Source of the DNA: Pseudomonadota bacterium
GTDB taxonomy: Bacteria; Pseudomonadota; Gammaproteobacteria; Acidiferrobacterales; UBA6901
DNA: 34,923 nucleotides
Direction: 5' to 3'
Assembly (NCBI GenBank): GCA_043738765.1
Contig: JAYUFH010000206.1
Location: 1 to 34,923 of the forward strand
This document shows positions 25,385 to 33,955 of the stretch, in pieces (within the stretch, counting starts at the first letter, position 1; the number at the start of each line of letters is the position of its first letter). Both the position numbers and the translations under genes were made by a program. The notes beneath the pieces were generated by a model. The model ran no database searches. It was not told the origin of the DNA and was given only the letters and a program-made list of their open reading frames with translations.

Positions 25385-26697
25385 GAGAGAGCAAGCTTAT
25401 CGCGATGGCGCAGCCTCAGGGCCAGACCGTAGATCATGCCAGCACCCAGCCACGCGAGCCCGACCTTCATCGCCAGCGCGCTCATGCCGCTGAACACTGC
25501 CAGCACGACAGCGATGCCAATCAGGGGCGCCAACCAGTGCGCGAACCAGGCCTGCGATTTCAGACGGATGCCGAAGTAGTTGATCACCGACATCTGTAGC
25601 AGCAGAAAACCGCTGAGCGCACCGAAATTCACAATGGTGGCGAGATTGTCGAGCTGATTTCGCATGGCGAGCGCGACGCTAAGGGAAATGATCGCGGTCA
25701 CAATCATGCTCACGTACGGCGTGTGATAGCGCGGGTGGATGCGGGAGAGTGCGTGGGGCAACTGGCGATCGCGCCCCATGGCGTAGAGTACCCGTGCAAC
25801 GCCGACCTGCATGGGCAGGGCGTTTGAGAGGCCCACAACCAGCACATACGCCCAGGCGATGGCGATGGCGGCCCATGGACCCACCGCCCAGCCGGCCAGC
25901 TCATAGGTGGCCGCCGCGGCGTCCTTTATCCTGATGCCGGGGAGCAGATTGCCGAGCACCCAGGTCACCAGCACAAAGAACACTGCCGAGATGATCAGGA
26001 CACCAATAATGGCACGCCCCACGACGCGGCGATCATTGCCTTCAACCTCTTCTGAAAGTGTCGAAATGGCATCAAAGCCCAGAAACGACATGATGCATAT
26101 CGAAGTCGCCGTAAGTAGCGCAGCGCCGTCAAAGCTGTGCGAGTTCCAGAAGGGCGCGAGCGAGAGATGGCCGGTGCCCTTACCGTGGCTCAGTGCAACC
26201 ATCGCCAGCGCCAGGAACGCAAACATCACTATCGACTGAATGATGACGGCGATGAAATTGGCGCGGGTGGTGACCGTAACGCCGAACCAGTTGATGGTTA
26301 GCGTGGTAGCCACCATGATTACAATCCATACCGAGCGATCTACGTTGGGCAGCAGTGTGCCCAGCGCCACGGCGATCAGCACATATACAAAGGCGGGGAT
26401 CAGCAGATAATCGAGCAGTATCAGCCAGCCCGCGAGGAACCCGGGATAGGCGCCCAGACAGTGGCGGGCAAAGCCATAGACAGAGCCGGCCGACGGGACG
26501 GTCTCGGTCATGATGGCATAGCTCCTGGCGGTAAAGTACATGCACACGCCGCCCAGCACGTAGGCGAGGGCGATCAGCCCCTTGGAGGACTCCCATACAA
26601 AGCCCAGAGTCGACAGGGGCGTGATTGGCGCGATGTAGGCCAGCCCATAGACGATAAGATCCCAGAACTTAAGGGTGCGATTCAGCGCTGCCGGCAT
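25381..26697 (-). CDS. APC family permease (PuuP/PlaP putrescine importer-like)
   Basis: GLAYIAP, P.AGSVY, SFLGFDAISTLSEE and RVLYAMGRD motifs; about 12 TM helices. Confidence 0.9.
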   Translation of the reverse strand: MPAALNRTLKFWDLIVYGLAYIAPITPLSTLGFVWESSKGLIALAYVLGGVCMYFTARSYAIMTETVPSAGSVYGFARHCLGAYPGFLAGWLILLDYLLIPAFVYVLIAVALGTLLPNVDRSVWIVIMVATTLTINWFGVTVTTRANFIAVIIQSIVMFAFLALAMVALSHGKGTGHLSLAPFWNSHSFDGAALLTATSICIMSFLGFDAISTLSEEVEGNDRRVVGRAIIGVLIISAVFFVLVTWVLGNLLPGIRIKDAAAATYELAGWAVGPWAAIAIAWAYVLVVGLSNALPMQVGVARVLYAMGRDRQLPHALSRIHPRYHTPYVSMIVTAIISLSVALAMRNQLDNLATIVNFGALSGFLLLQMSVINYFGIRLKSQAWFAHWLAPLIGIAVVLAVFSGMSALAMKVGLAWLGAGMIYGLALRLRHRDKLALS

Positions 26698-26752
26698 TGT
26701 CTTTCGCCTTTTAATTGAGCCAAGATTGCCTAACCGCAGGAGTACTCATTCG

Positions 26753-27811
26753 ATGATAACGGTTTACTCGGATAAACAGCGGCTGCGCCTGGCGAAGACG
26801 GAGCTATTCGGGGGTGAGTTCATTGCCCCACACGAATGCGCTGACCGGGCCCGCTTCGTGCTGGAGCGTATTGCGGCTACGAAACTTGGTCAGGTGATCG
26901 AACCCCGATCCTTTGGGATGCAACCCATCAGCCGTGTCCACGATGCTGGCTACCTAACTTTCCTGGAACATGTCTGGGAGGAATGGCAGGCGGCCGGGTA
27001 TCGCGGTGAAGCCGTGCCGAGTTGCTGGCCGGCGCGCCGCATGGTGCAGAAAGTGCCCACCCACATCGATGGCAAGCTGGGATATTACGCGGCCGCGGCG
27101 GAGACCTCGATCAGCGCAGGAACCTGGCAGGCGGCCCTGGCGGCAGTTGATGTGGCGCTGACCGCCGCGCAACAGCTGACAGCTGGTGCGCGCAGCGCCT
27201 TCGCGCTGTGCCGGCCGCCGGGGCACCATGCCGCAAGCGATCTGTACGGCGGCTATTGTTTCCTCAATAACGCCGCTATCGCAGCCCAGTGGCTGCGCGA
27301 TCAGGGCGCCGCGAGGATTGCGATCCTTGATGTCGATTTTCACCACGGCAACGGGACCCAGGATATTTTCTATAACCGCGACGATGTGCTGTTCGTTTCC
27401 CTGCACGGCGATCCGCGCGAGGCGTTTCCGTATTTCATGGGCTACGCGGACGAGACTGGCGCTGGGGTGGGGGAGGGTTATACCTGCAACTATCCGCTGC
27501 CCCGGAATACCAGCTTCGAGGCCTGGGGTGCGGCGCTGCGCGAGGGGTTGAAGCAAATACAAGAGTTTGCACCCGACTACCTGGTTGTGTCCCTGGGTGT
27601 CGATACCTTCGAGCGGGATCCGATCAGCTTTTTCAGACTGGCGTCTAGCGATTTTTCCAGGTATGGCGCGCTGATCGGCGCGCTGGGTATTCCCACGCTG
27701 TTCGTCCTCGAAGGCGGCTATGCAGTGGCGGAGATTGGCATCAACGCTGTCAATGTCCTGGCCGCGTGTGAGCAAGCACAGAGCGCAGCTAGTAGCGGTA
27801 GCTGGCGGTGA
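26753..27811 (+). CDS. Histone deacetylase family protein, acetylpolyamine amidohydrolase-like
   Basis: RPPGHH, GGYCFLNN, LDVDFHHGNGTQ, SLGVD and EGGY motifs; ATG 26753 follows AGGAG. Confidence 0.9.
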   Translation: MITVYSDKQRLRLAKTELFGGEFIAPHECADRARFVLERIAATKLGQVIEPRSFGMQPISRVHDAGYLTFLEHVWEEWQAAGYRGEAVPSCWPARRMVQKVPTHIDGKLGYYAAAAETSISAGTWQAALAAVDVALTAAQQLTAGARSAFALCRPPGHHAASDLYGGYCFLNNAAIAAQWLRDQGAARIAILDVDFHHGNGTQDIFYNRDDVLFVSLHGDPREAFPYFMGYADETGAGVGEGYTCNYPLPRNTSFEAWGAALREGLKQIQEFAPDYLVVSLGVDTFERDPISFFRLASSDFSRYGALIGALGIPTLFVLEGGYAVAEIGINAVNVLAACEQAQSAASSGSWR

Positions 27812-30287
27812 GACCCACTGTCCGCGGCCGCACGCCGCGCTCGAAATACAGCTGGTCGGTGCTGTCGCTCGGCAGATCCCGGGACTTGAACAGTATCGGG
27901 TGTTCGCTCGTGAGGTTCTGGCCAAACAGCGAGAGGTCGAAGCCGTTGAATCGCAGGCCCGCCCGCAGCGCGAGGTTGCTCGTGTTCGGTAACCCCGGCA
28001 GCGTCGAGTCGAAGGAGGCGTTGTTGCTGTTCTGAGTGGGCACCAGGCCAGACTGTGCGGTGGCATGTTGATAGTCGATGCGCAGATAGGGCGCTCGACC
28101 GGAGAGGGGCGTGAAGGTCCATTCGGCGGCGGCGGTGAAGTTCCAGGGCGCACCGGGGAGCACATCTCCCTTGCTGGCGATCGGGCTGGTGGAGGTCAAG
28201 CCGTCGCTGCTCACGCACTGGCTGCCGTTGAACTTCAGCTCACCGGTGCAGGAAGCGCGCGTAAAATTGGCTTTGACGTAGGCAACCGTGAGTTCGAGTT
28301 TCAACGCATCGATCGGCTTGTACAGGATATCGACGTCGCCGCCCACGCTGCGCGCCTGGCCGAGGTTCAGGTTCAGCTGCTCACCGCAGGAGAGCAGGTA
28401 GACGCTCTGTTGAATGTTCGTCCAGTCGATGAAAAACACGCTTGAGTTGATCTGCAGCCGATTTTCGAGGAGCGTAGTCTTGGCGCCCAGTTCATAGCTC
28501 CACAGGCTGTCGGAGTTGTACTGCCCGGGTACATGACGCTTGCCGTCCGGACCGATCGGCAGCCCAAGCCGCTGCAGATCGCCGGGACCGCCGCCGTAAG
28601 GTGTGTCGCAGATATCGCCGACATCACCATTGGCGCCGCCGACCCGGTAACCCTTTGAGGCGCTGAGATAGTAAAGATTATTGTGGTCGGGCTGCCAGGC
28701 CAGCACGACTTTCGGTGTGACCGGCTGCTCGGAGGCAGACGTCTCGGAGGTCAGCAGCGGCACTCCCGCGAAAGCACCGCCGTAATTGAGTGATGAGTGG
28801 TAACTGACGTGCGCGAGCCGTAGTCCCAGGGTCGCCGTCAAAGTACTGGTGAGCTTGTAGCTCGCCTCGCCGAACACGGCGGTCTGAGTGTCGATCACAC
28901 GGGTCAGAGGCTGGTGATACAGCAACCCGTTGGGACACGGCACGGAGGCACAGAAGAAGCCACCGTAGGCGGCATTGAATTCGGCATCGAAGCTCGGATC
29001 AATGATGTCCTCAGGGATGTTCTCGCTCATGTGCGAGTAGAACACGCCCGTGTTCCAGGTCAGGCGCGCGCTGGCGTCTTTTGAGGCGAGCCGGAACTCC
29101 TGGTAGTAGTTGTCCTGCTTGTCGCCGAACAGCGCGTAGCCGGCTGCACCCGCGGGCGGATAGGGTGACAGGCCAAAGCCGCCGCGCAGGTACTGTGTGT
29201 AGTCGGACGTCGAGTGTTGATCGCGCGAATAGTACGAGGTGTTCGAGGTCAGCTGGCCGATGCCGGCGGCCCAGTCAACCTTGATTGCCGCCAGCCAGAA
29301 GGGGTCATCCGCCGGATTCCTGAGTGCGTTGCCGTTGCGGTAGACCGTGCTGCCAGGGTCGGAAAGGCCCGGCCAGTAGGCTGCCGTGTCATTGATCCGC
29401 AGCTTCTGGTAGTAGATGGAAGGTGTCACCGAAATGTTGTCATTGACCGCCCACTTCAGCGCTGCCCGAAAGGTCATGACGTCCTGCCAGTTTGCCCGCG
29501 ACTCGCTCGTCTGCAGGACGTTGAGCGGGGTTGCTGGATCGCCGGGATTGACCTGCGAGTAGCCGACCCTGTCAACCCAGCCGCCATCGCGACGGTACGA
29601 AGCGCTGACTCGATAGCCGAGCGTGCCATCGACAATCGGCCCGCCCGCCGCGGCTCCGATTTCGTAGCTCGGATCGCCGGAGCGCGTCGTGGACACTTCG
29701 GAGCGCAGGTAGCCGGATTTCTGGGTCAGGCCCGGCTGCGGTGCAAGAAATCGCACCACGCCGCCTTCAGCGCCGGCGCCGAACAAGGTGCCCTGCGGGC
29801 CGCGCAGCACTTCGACGCGGTCGAGGTCAAAGAGAGCCGGATAAACGTTGGTCGCAGCAAAGCCCATGTGCCGACTCTGTACTGGCGTGTCATCGATGTA
29901 GATGCCGGTGGTCGAAGTACCGGCTGTGGAACCGATACCGCGGATGTTGATATCCGAGGTCTCGTCGTTGTAGTTGGCGGATGCACTCATGCCGCTGCGC
30001 TGGAACGCCACGCCAGGCGTGAACCGCGTCAGATCGTCGATGTTACGCAGTCCCTGCGCGTCGAGCTTTTCCTGGCTGTAGACACCCACACTGATCGGGA
30101 CGTCCTGCAGGCGCTCCTCACGGCGCGTCGCCGTGACAATAATCTCTTCGAGACTGCCCGCGGCAGCCGCATCCCTGTCGGCCGCCCGGGAGGTTGGCGG
30201 CGCCGCGACAATGAGCGTCAGGAGTCCCGTGGTTGCAATGATTGTGCGCGTGATAGACAGGTTCATGGGTATCCCCCGCAATGCCAT
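27789..30287 (-). CDS. TonB-dependent receptor
   Basis: Signal peptide, LEEIIVTATRR TonB box, RVEVLRGPQGTLFG plug motif and C-terminal RPRTVGLTASYRY. Start at 30287 or 30266. Confidence 0.95.
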   Translation of the reverse strand: MALRGIPMNLSITRTIIATTGLLTLIVAAPPTSRAADRDAAAAGSLEEIIVTATRREERLQDVPISVGVYSQEKLDAQGLRNIDDLTRFTPGVAFQRSGMSASANYNDETSDINIRGIGSTAGTSTTGIYIDDTPVQSRHMGFAATNVYPALFDLDRVEVLRGPQGTLFGAGAEGGVVRFLAPQPGLTQKSGYLRSEVSTTRSGDPSYEIGAAAGGPIVDGTLGYRVSASYRRDGGWVDRVGYSQVNPGDPATPLNVLQTSESRANWQDVMTFRAALKWAVNDNISVTPSIYYQKLRINDTAAYWPGLSDPGSTVYRNGNALRNPADDPFWLAAIKVDWAAGIGQLTSNTSYYSRDQHSTSDYTQYLRGGFGLSPYPPAGAAGYALFGDKQDNYYQEFRLASKDASARLTWNTGVFYSHMSENIPEDIIDPSFDAEFNAAYGGFFCASVPCPNGLLYHQPLTRVIDTQTAVFGEASYKLTSTLTATLGLRLAHVSYHSSLNYGGAFAGVPLLTSETSASEQPVTPKVVLAWQPDHNNLYYLSASKGYRVGGANGDVGDICDTPYGGGPGDLQRLGLPIGPDGKRHVPGQYNSDSLWSYELGAKTTLLENRLQINSSVFFIDWTNIQQSVYLLSCGEQLNLNLGQARSVGGDVDILYKPIDALKLELTVAYVKANFTRASCTGELKFNGSQCVSSDGLTSTSPIASKGDVLPGAPWNFTAAAEWTFTPLSGRAPYLRIDYQHATAQSGLVPTQNSNNASFDSTLPGLPNTSNLALRAGLRFNGFDLSLFGQNLTSEHPILFKSRDLPSDSTDQLYFERGVRPRTVGLTASYRY

Positions 30288-30390
30288 CGCCGACTCAAGC
30301 GGCGTTGAACCCTAGTCTACGCACGGTATCACGACGCCAGCAAGAAGAACTTTCGCGCGACTGGCGAAATCATTTCGCTCCGCCACCGCA

Positions 30391-31620
30391 TTAATTCGCA
30401 ATGTCTGGACACTTCGCAGCGATCACAGCGGGCAGCAGACGATTCGCCAGTTCCGCATCGAACGCGGGATCCTGGAGGATGTCCCAGCCGGTGAAAATGG
30501 CAATCAGCTGATCCCCTGGAAACACCATCAGTCGTTGGCCGCCGAAGCCGATGCCCATCCAGACGAACTGCCGGCCCTCTTTGCGAGGGTATAACCACCA
30601 CTTGAACCCATATTTCAGGCCCTGCCACCCGGTGTCCACAAATGGCGTTACCGATTGCTTTACCCACGCCCTGGATACGATCCGCCTGCCGTCCCATATC
30701 CCCTCGTGCAGATACAGGTAGCCGATCTTGGCGAGATCCGCGCCGCCAAGAAACAGCCCGCCCTCGGTGTCGACGAGGCCCAGATAGGTTCGCTTCCAGT
30801 GGTGCTTGATGCCCAGCGGCGCGAACAGCTGCTGCTCGGCGTACGCTTCGATGTCCTGTCCGGTCTCCTTTTGAAAAATGTAGGCCAGCAATTCCGTTGC
30901 CCCGCTGCTGTAATTAAAGACCACCCCTGGGTTCGCGGCCATGGGCTTGTCAATGACGTACTGCACCCAGTCATCGGCGGCTTCCATGGAGCTCGCATCG
31001 TTGCGAGGATCGGCATAGGGCACGTCCTCGTTCCACTCAAGTCCCGCGGTCATGGTCAACACGTCCTTGAGAGTCATGCGGCGCTTGCGCTCGTCGATGT
31101 TCCTGACTTTGCTGATGTCAAAATACTTCAGCACGGGAGTGCTCAGACTCGCCTTGAAGTCGCCGCGCGTCACAGCAATGCCAATGATTACGGACGTAAC
31201 CGTCTTGCTGACCGACTGCATGCTGTGCAGGTCCGTGCCCTGGTAGTAGGGATGCCAGGCGGGGTCGAAATAATTGTACGGCCCGGTCAGCCGTGCATTC
31301 AGTGGGCCTTTGATCCGGGCTTCCTTTGCATAGATGCTCGCATAGTCATGGGCGTACTGGCGCTCGAAAACCTGCTTGCCGCAGCGAAACACCTGGAAGC
31401 TGTCGACAAGACTGTATTTCCCCACGGCGATGTCGGCATCCAGCGCCAGCAGGGTCTTTTCATCGAGGCCAACGCTGGCCGGTGTTGCCTGCTGCCAGCC
31501 CGCAGTTGGCCAGGGTATCCCTTGGCCAGCCTTGACATCGCCGACCCCGATGCAAGCCAGTGCCGTGAAGGTGGCAAGCATAATTCCCGCCAGCCGGACG
31601 ATTCCCCATAATGTGCTCAT
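30391..31620 (-). CDS. Serine hydrolase, beta-lactamase class C/NylB family
   Basis: SVSK (SxxK), LTMTAGL, FNYSSG (catalytic Tyr) and G.GGQ motifs; signal peptide; ATG 31620 follows GGAG. Confidence 0.9.
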   Translation of the reverse strand: MSTLWGIVRLAGIMLATFTALACIGVGDVKAGQGIPWPTAGWQQATPASVGLDEKTLLALDADIAVGKYSLVDSFQVFRCGKQVFERQYAHDYASIYAKEARIKGPLNARLTGPYNYFDPAWHPYYQGTDLHSMQSVSKTVTSVIIGIAVTRGDFKASLSTPVLKYFDISKVRNIDERKRRMTLKDVLTMTAGLEWNEDVPYADPRNDASSMEAADDWVQYVIDKPMAANPGVVFNYSSGATELLAYIFQKETGQDIEAYAEQQLFAPLGIKHHWKRTYLGLVDTEGGLFLGGADLAKIGYLYLHEGIWDGRRIVSRAWVKQSVTPFVDTGWQGLKYGFKWWLYPRKEGRQFVWMGIGFGGQRLMVFPGDQLIAIFTGWDILQDPAFDAELANRLLPAVIAAKCPDIAN

Positions 31621-31809
31621 ATTCCAGGTCTCCACGTGATCGAGTTACTCCGAGCCGCCTCGCGCCCACCGGCTGGCTGGCTGCCGCATTGAAGGCGAAT
31701 TGCGCGAGCTGATTCTTTCATATGGTCAGCAACGCATCGGCGGAGTGAGCAAATTCCCCGCCGCGGAATGGCACGCTCCTGCAGGTCTGGTGGCACGTGG
31801 CGCCTGGTG

Positions 31810-32544
31810 TCATTCATGGTTCTCCAGGTGATGACAGCTGCGCGCCTCAGCTACGGTCTTCGGCAGCAGCGCCGCCCTGACGATACGCGTCCAGATCTCA
31901 TAGCCATCCCGGGTCATGTGCAGCCCGTCGGGGCCAAAAATATCCCTGGGCTTGCCGTTTTCGAGCATCGGCCCTACTACATCAATGTAATGCAGGTCGG
32001 AGCGTTTAGCGGCGCGAATCCGTATCGCATCGTTGACCTGGTTCTGCAGAGGAAATTGCGCAAACCGCAGTATTGAAGGCTTCAGCGAAATGAAGTAGAC
32101 CGGCGTCTTCCCGAGGGTCCTGGTCTTGCGCACCATGAACTCGTCGAAGTCGACCAAAACTCTGGCCACCGATTTCCCGGCGTCGATATCGTTCTCACCT
32201 GCATAGAAAACGATCGCCTGCGGTTTATAGGGTGCGACAATTTCATCAAACCAGCGGTTCACATACTCAATGTGAGAGCCGCCGAATCCGCGCTCGATCA
32301 CCGGCATCGGCGCCATGTCAGCCGCAATTGCCTCCCTCCATTTGACGATGCTCGAGGAACCTACGAAAAGCACCTGGCAGGGGGCCGGTGGCGCGGCCCG
32401 ATCGGCTGCCACAAAGCGGTCGACCTCAGCTCCGAGCGCTTGCTCCAGGGTAGGGGCCTGGTCCGGTTGGGTCTGGGATCTCGCGCCGGCCGGATAGAGC
32501 GTCAGCGCAATGGCGCACAAAGCAAGGCGGCCGAATAGGGTCAT
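31810..32544 (-). CDS. SGNH/GDSL family hydrolase
   Basis: FVGSSSI, RGFGGS, YAGEND and DGLH blocks; signal peptide; GGAG RBS. Confidence 0.9.
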   Translation of the reverse strand: MTLFGRLALCAIALTLYPAGARSQTQPDQAPTLEQALGAEVDRFVAADRAAPPAPCQVLFVGSSSIVKWREAIAADMAPMPVIERGFGGSHIEYVNRWFDEIVAPYKPQAIVFYAGENDIDAGKSVARVLVDFDEFMVRKTRTLGKTPVYFISLKPSILRFAQFPLQNQVNDAIRIRAAKRSDLHYIDVVGPMLENGKPRDIFGPDGLHMTRDGYEIWTRIVRAALLPKTVAEARSCHHLENHE

Positions 32545-32693
32545 CAAAATCTCCCAGGTACACTACTGTTGTGAGCGCCGGCTCCTGACCCTGAGCTGCC
32601 GATTACCGGATCGGTAAGCAGTCATTCGTAATTGAAAAAGCGGCCACTCGCTCAACTCTGATTAGCTGCAGATCCAACAGTGCTGCAGGCGAA

Positions 32694-33761
32694 TCACCTC
32701 GCCCAGACCTGCGAAGCCACGCGCATGAAATTGTCGCTCATTATGGCTCGAATGCTCGATTCCTTGTATCCCAGCGAGCGCAACTGTTCGCCGACCTGCG
32801 GCAAAATGCTCGGAGGCAGGAACTCGTGCTTGATCGAGACAGGGTATTGGCGGGCCGGCCAGTATTTTGCGCTCGTTGCCTCGTCCAGTCCCGGGCCGCT
32901 GGTAGATGGATCGCAATCGAGCCCTATTCCTACATGATCCGTGCCAACCAGTTTTGCCATGTAGTCGATATGGGCGACCATCGTCGCGGCCTTGGGGGCA
33001 CCATCCCCAAGAAATATGCTCAACCCATTTACGCCCACTACCCCGCCGGTTGCTGCCACGGCCTTGATCTGCTCGTCAGTGATGTTCCGCTCATGCTCTT
33101 GCAGGGCACGCGCATTGGCGTGACTGAAGATGCAGGGTTTGGTCGAGAGCTTCATTGCCTCAAGGCCAGACCTGATGCCGCTATGGGCGCAATCCACGAC
33201 CATGCCGACGCGGTTCATTTCACCTACGACGGTCCGCCCGAAATCCGTAAGTCCTTTGTCCTGATCGTGACAACCGCCGCCCGCGTCGTTGTTCAGGTTG
33301 TAGGCGATCAGCATTTGCCGAACGCCGAGCCGGTAATACAATTCGACCATCGACACATCGCCGTTCAGCGATCCCATTCCTTCGATGTCGAACGTCAACG
33401 CCATTTGTCCGGCATGCCACGCTGCGAGAACCTGCGCAAGCGTCGAACAAAGGGCCACGTCCGAACGCGCTTCGATTCCCTTCGTGTAATCCGCTATGGC
33501 ACGGATGGTGGTGCTCCACGGCACCGGGTCATAACCGACATTGATCGACAGGTAATTCACTCCGGCCGATCGCCATCGATCGAGCAGGTCTACGTCACGC
33601 GGTCCCGCGTAGCCAAAGCCCGCATGGTTATCCCAATAGCTGATTCGTTCGGACCTTGTCCCAGCAAAGGCGCTGCCGCCGAGGGCCGATACGCCCGTTG
33701 CCAGGGCGACCTTGAGAAACCTTCGCCGAGCAGGCAGGTAGTCACGCACTCGATCGTTCAT
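32694..33761 (-). CDS. Tat-signal membrane dipeptidase (peptidase M19)
   Basis: ARRRFLK twin-arginine signal; DIEG, GLTDFG, VDCAH, FSHAN, RNITD and HVGIGLD motifs. Confidence 0.9.
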   Translation of the reverse strand: MNDRVRDYLPARRRFLKVALATGVSALGGSAFAGTRSERISYWDNHAGFGYAGPRDVDLLDRWRSAGVNYLSINVGYDPVPWSTTIRAIADYTKGIEARSDVALCSTLAQVLAAWHAGQMALTFDIEGMGSLNGDVSMVELYYRLGVRQMLIAYNLNNDAGGGCHDQDKGLTDFGRTVVGEMNRVGMVVDCAHSGIRSGLEAMKLSTKPCIFSHANARALQEHERNITDEQIKAVAATGGVVGVNGLSIFLGDGAPKAATMVAHIDYMAKLVGTDHVGIGLDCDPSTSGPGLDEATSAKYWPARQYPVSIKHEFLPPSILPQVGEQLRSLGYKESSIRAIMSDNFMRVASQVWAR

Positions 33762-33955
33762 AGTTTGAGGACACTAGCATGGACCGCACATACTGTCCGG
33801 TTGTGGGCGAATCAACTCTTAAGACGATCGGCCGTTCCCGGCCCCGAAGCGGTCGACCAGTGGGTTGAAATACCAGCCCGAAACCAGCCATTCGGCACCC
33901 TCAGAATGAAGCCGTGCGTCGAACCCAAGGATCGACGGGCAGTCGCTTACGCTGA

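Noticed and set aside
4257-28165. Other long overlapping ORFs: 4257..4988 +, 7977..8774 +, 18148..18924 + and 26954..28165 -
   Set aside because: Alternate-frame or antisense ORFs over motif-bearing genes, with Arg/Pro/Ala-rich composition unlike real proteins.
30391-31620. Serine hydrolase (and the MBL-fold gene at 283..1275) as antibiotic-resistance beta-lactamases
   Set aside because: Only fold-level motifs are present. The serine hydrolase has YSS rather than YxN and no KTG triad, consistent with esterase/amidase members.
31636-31809. Possible gene remnant between the serine hydrolase and SGNH genes
   Set aside because: No frame examined gave a recognisable peptide.
32568-32583. GTTGTGAGCGCCGGCT, similar to part of the YecA insert (25199-25215)
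   Set aside because: A 12-nt exact match is expected by chance in 35 kb, and the rest of the element is not present.
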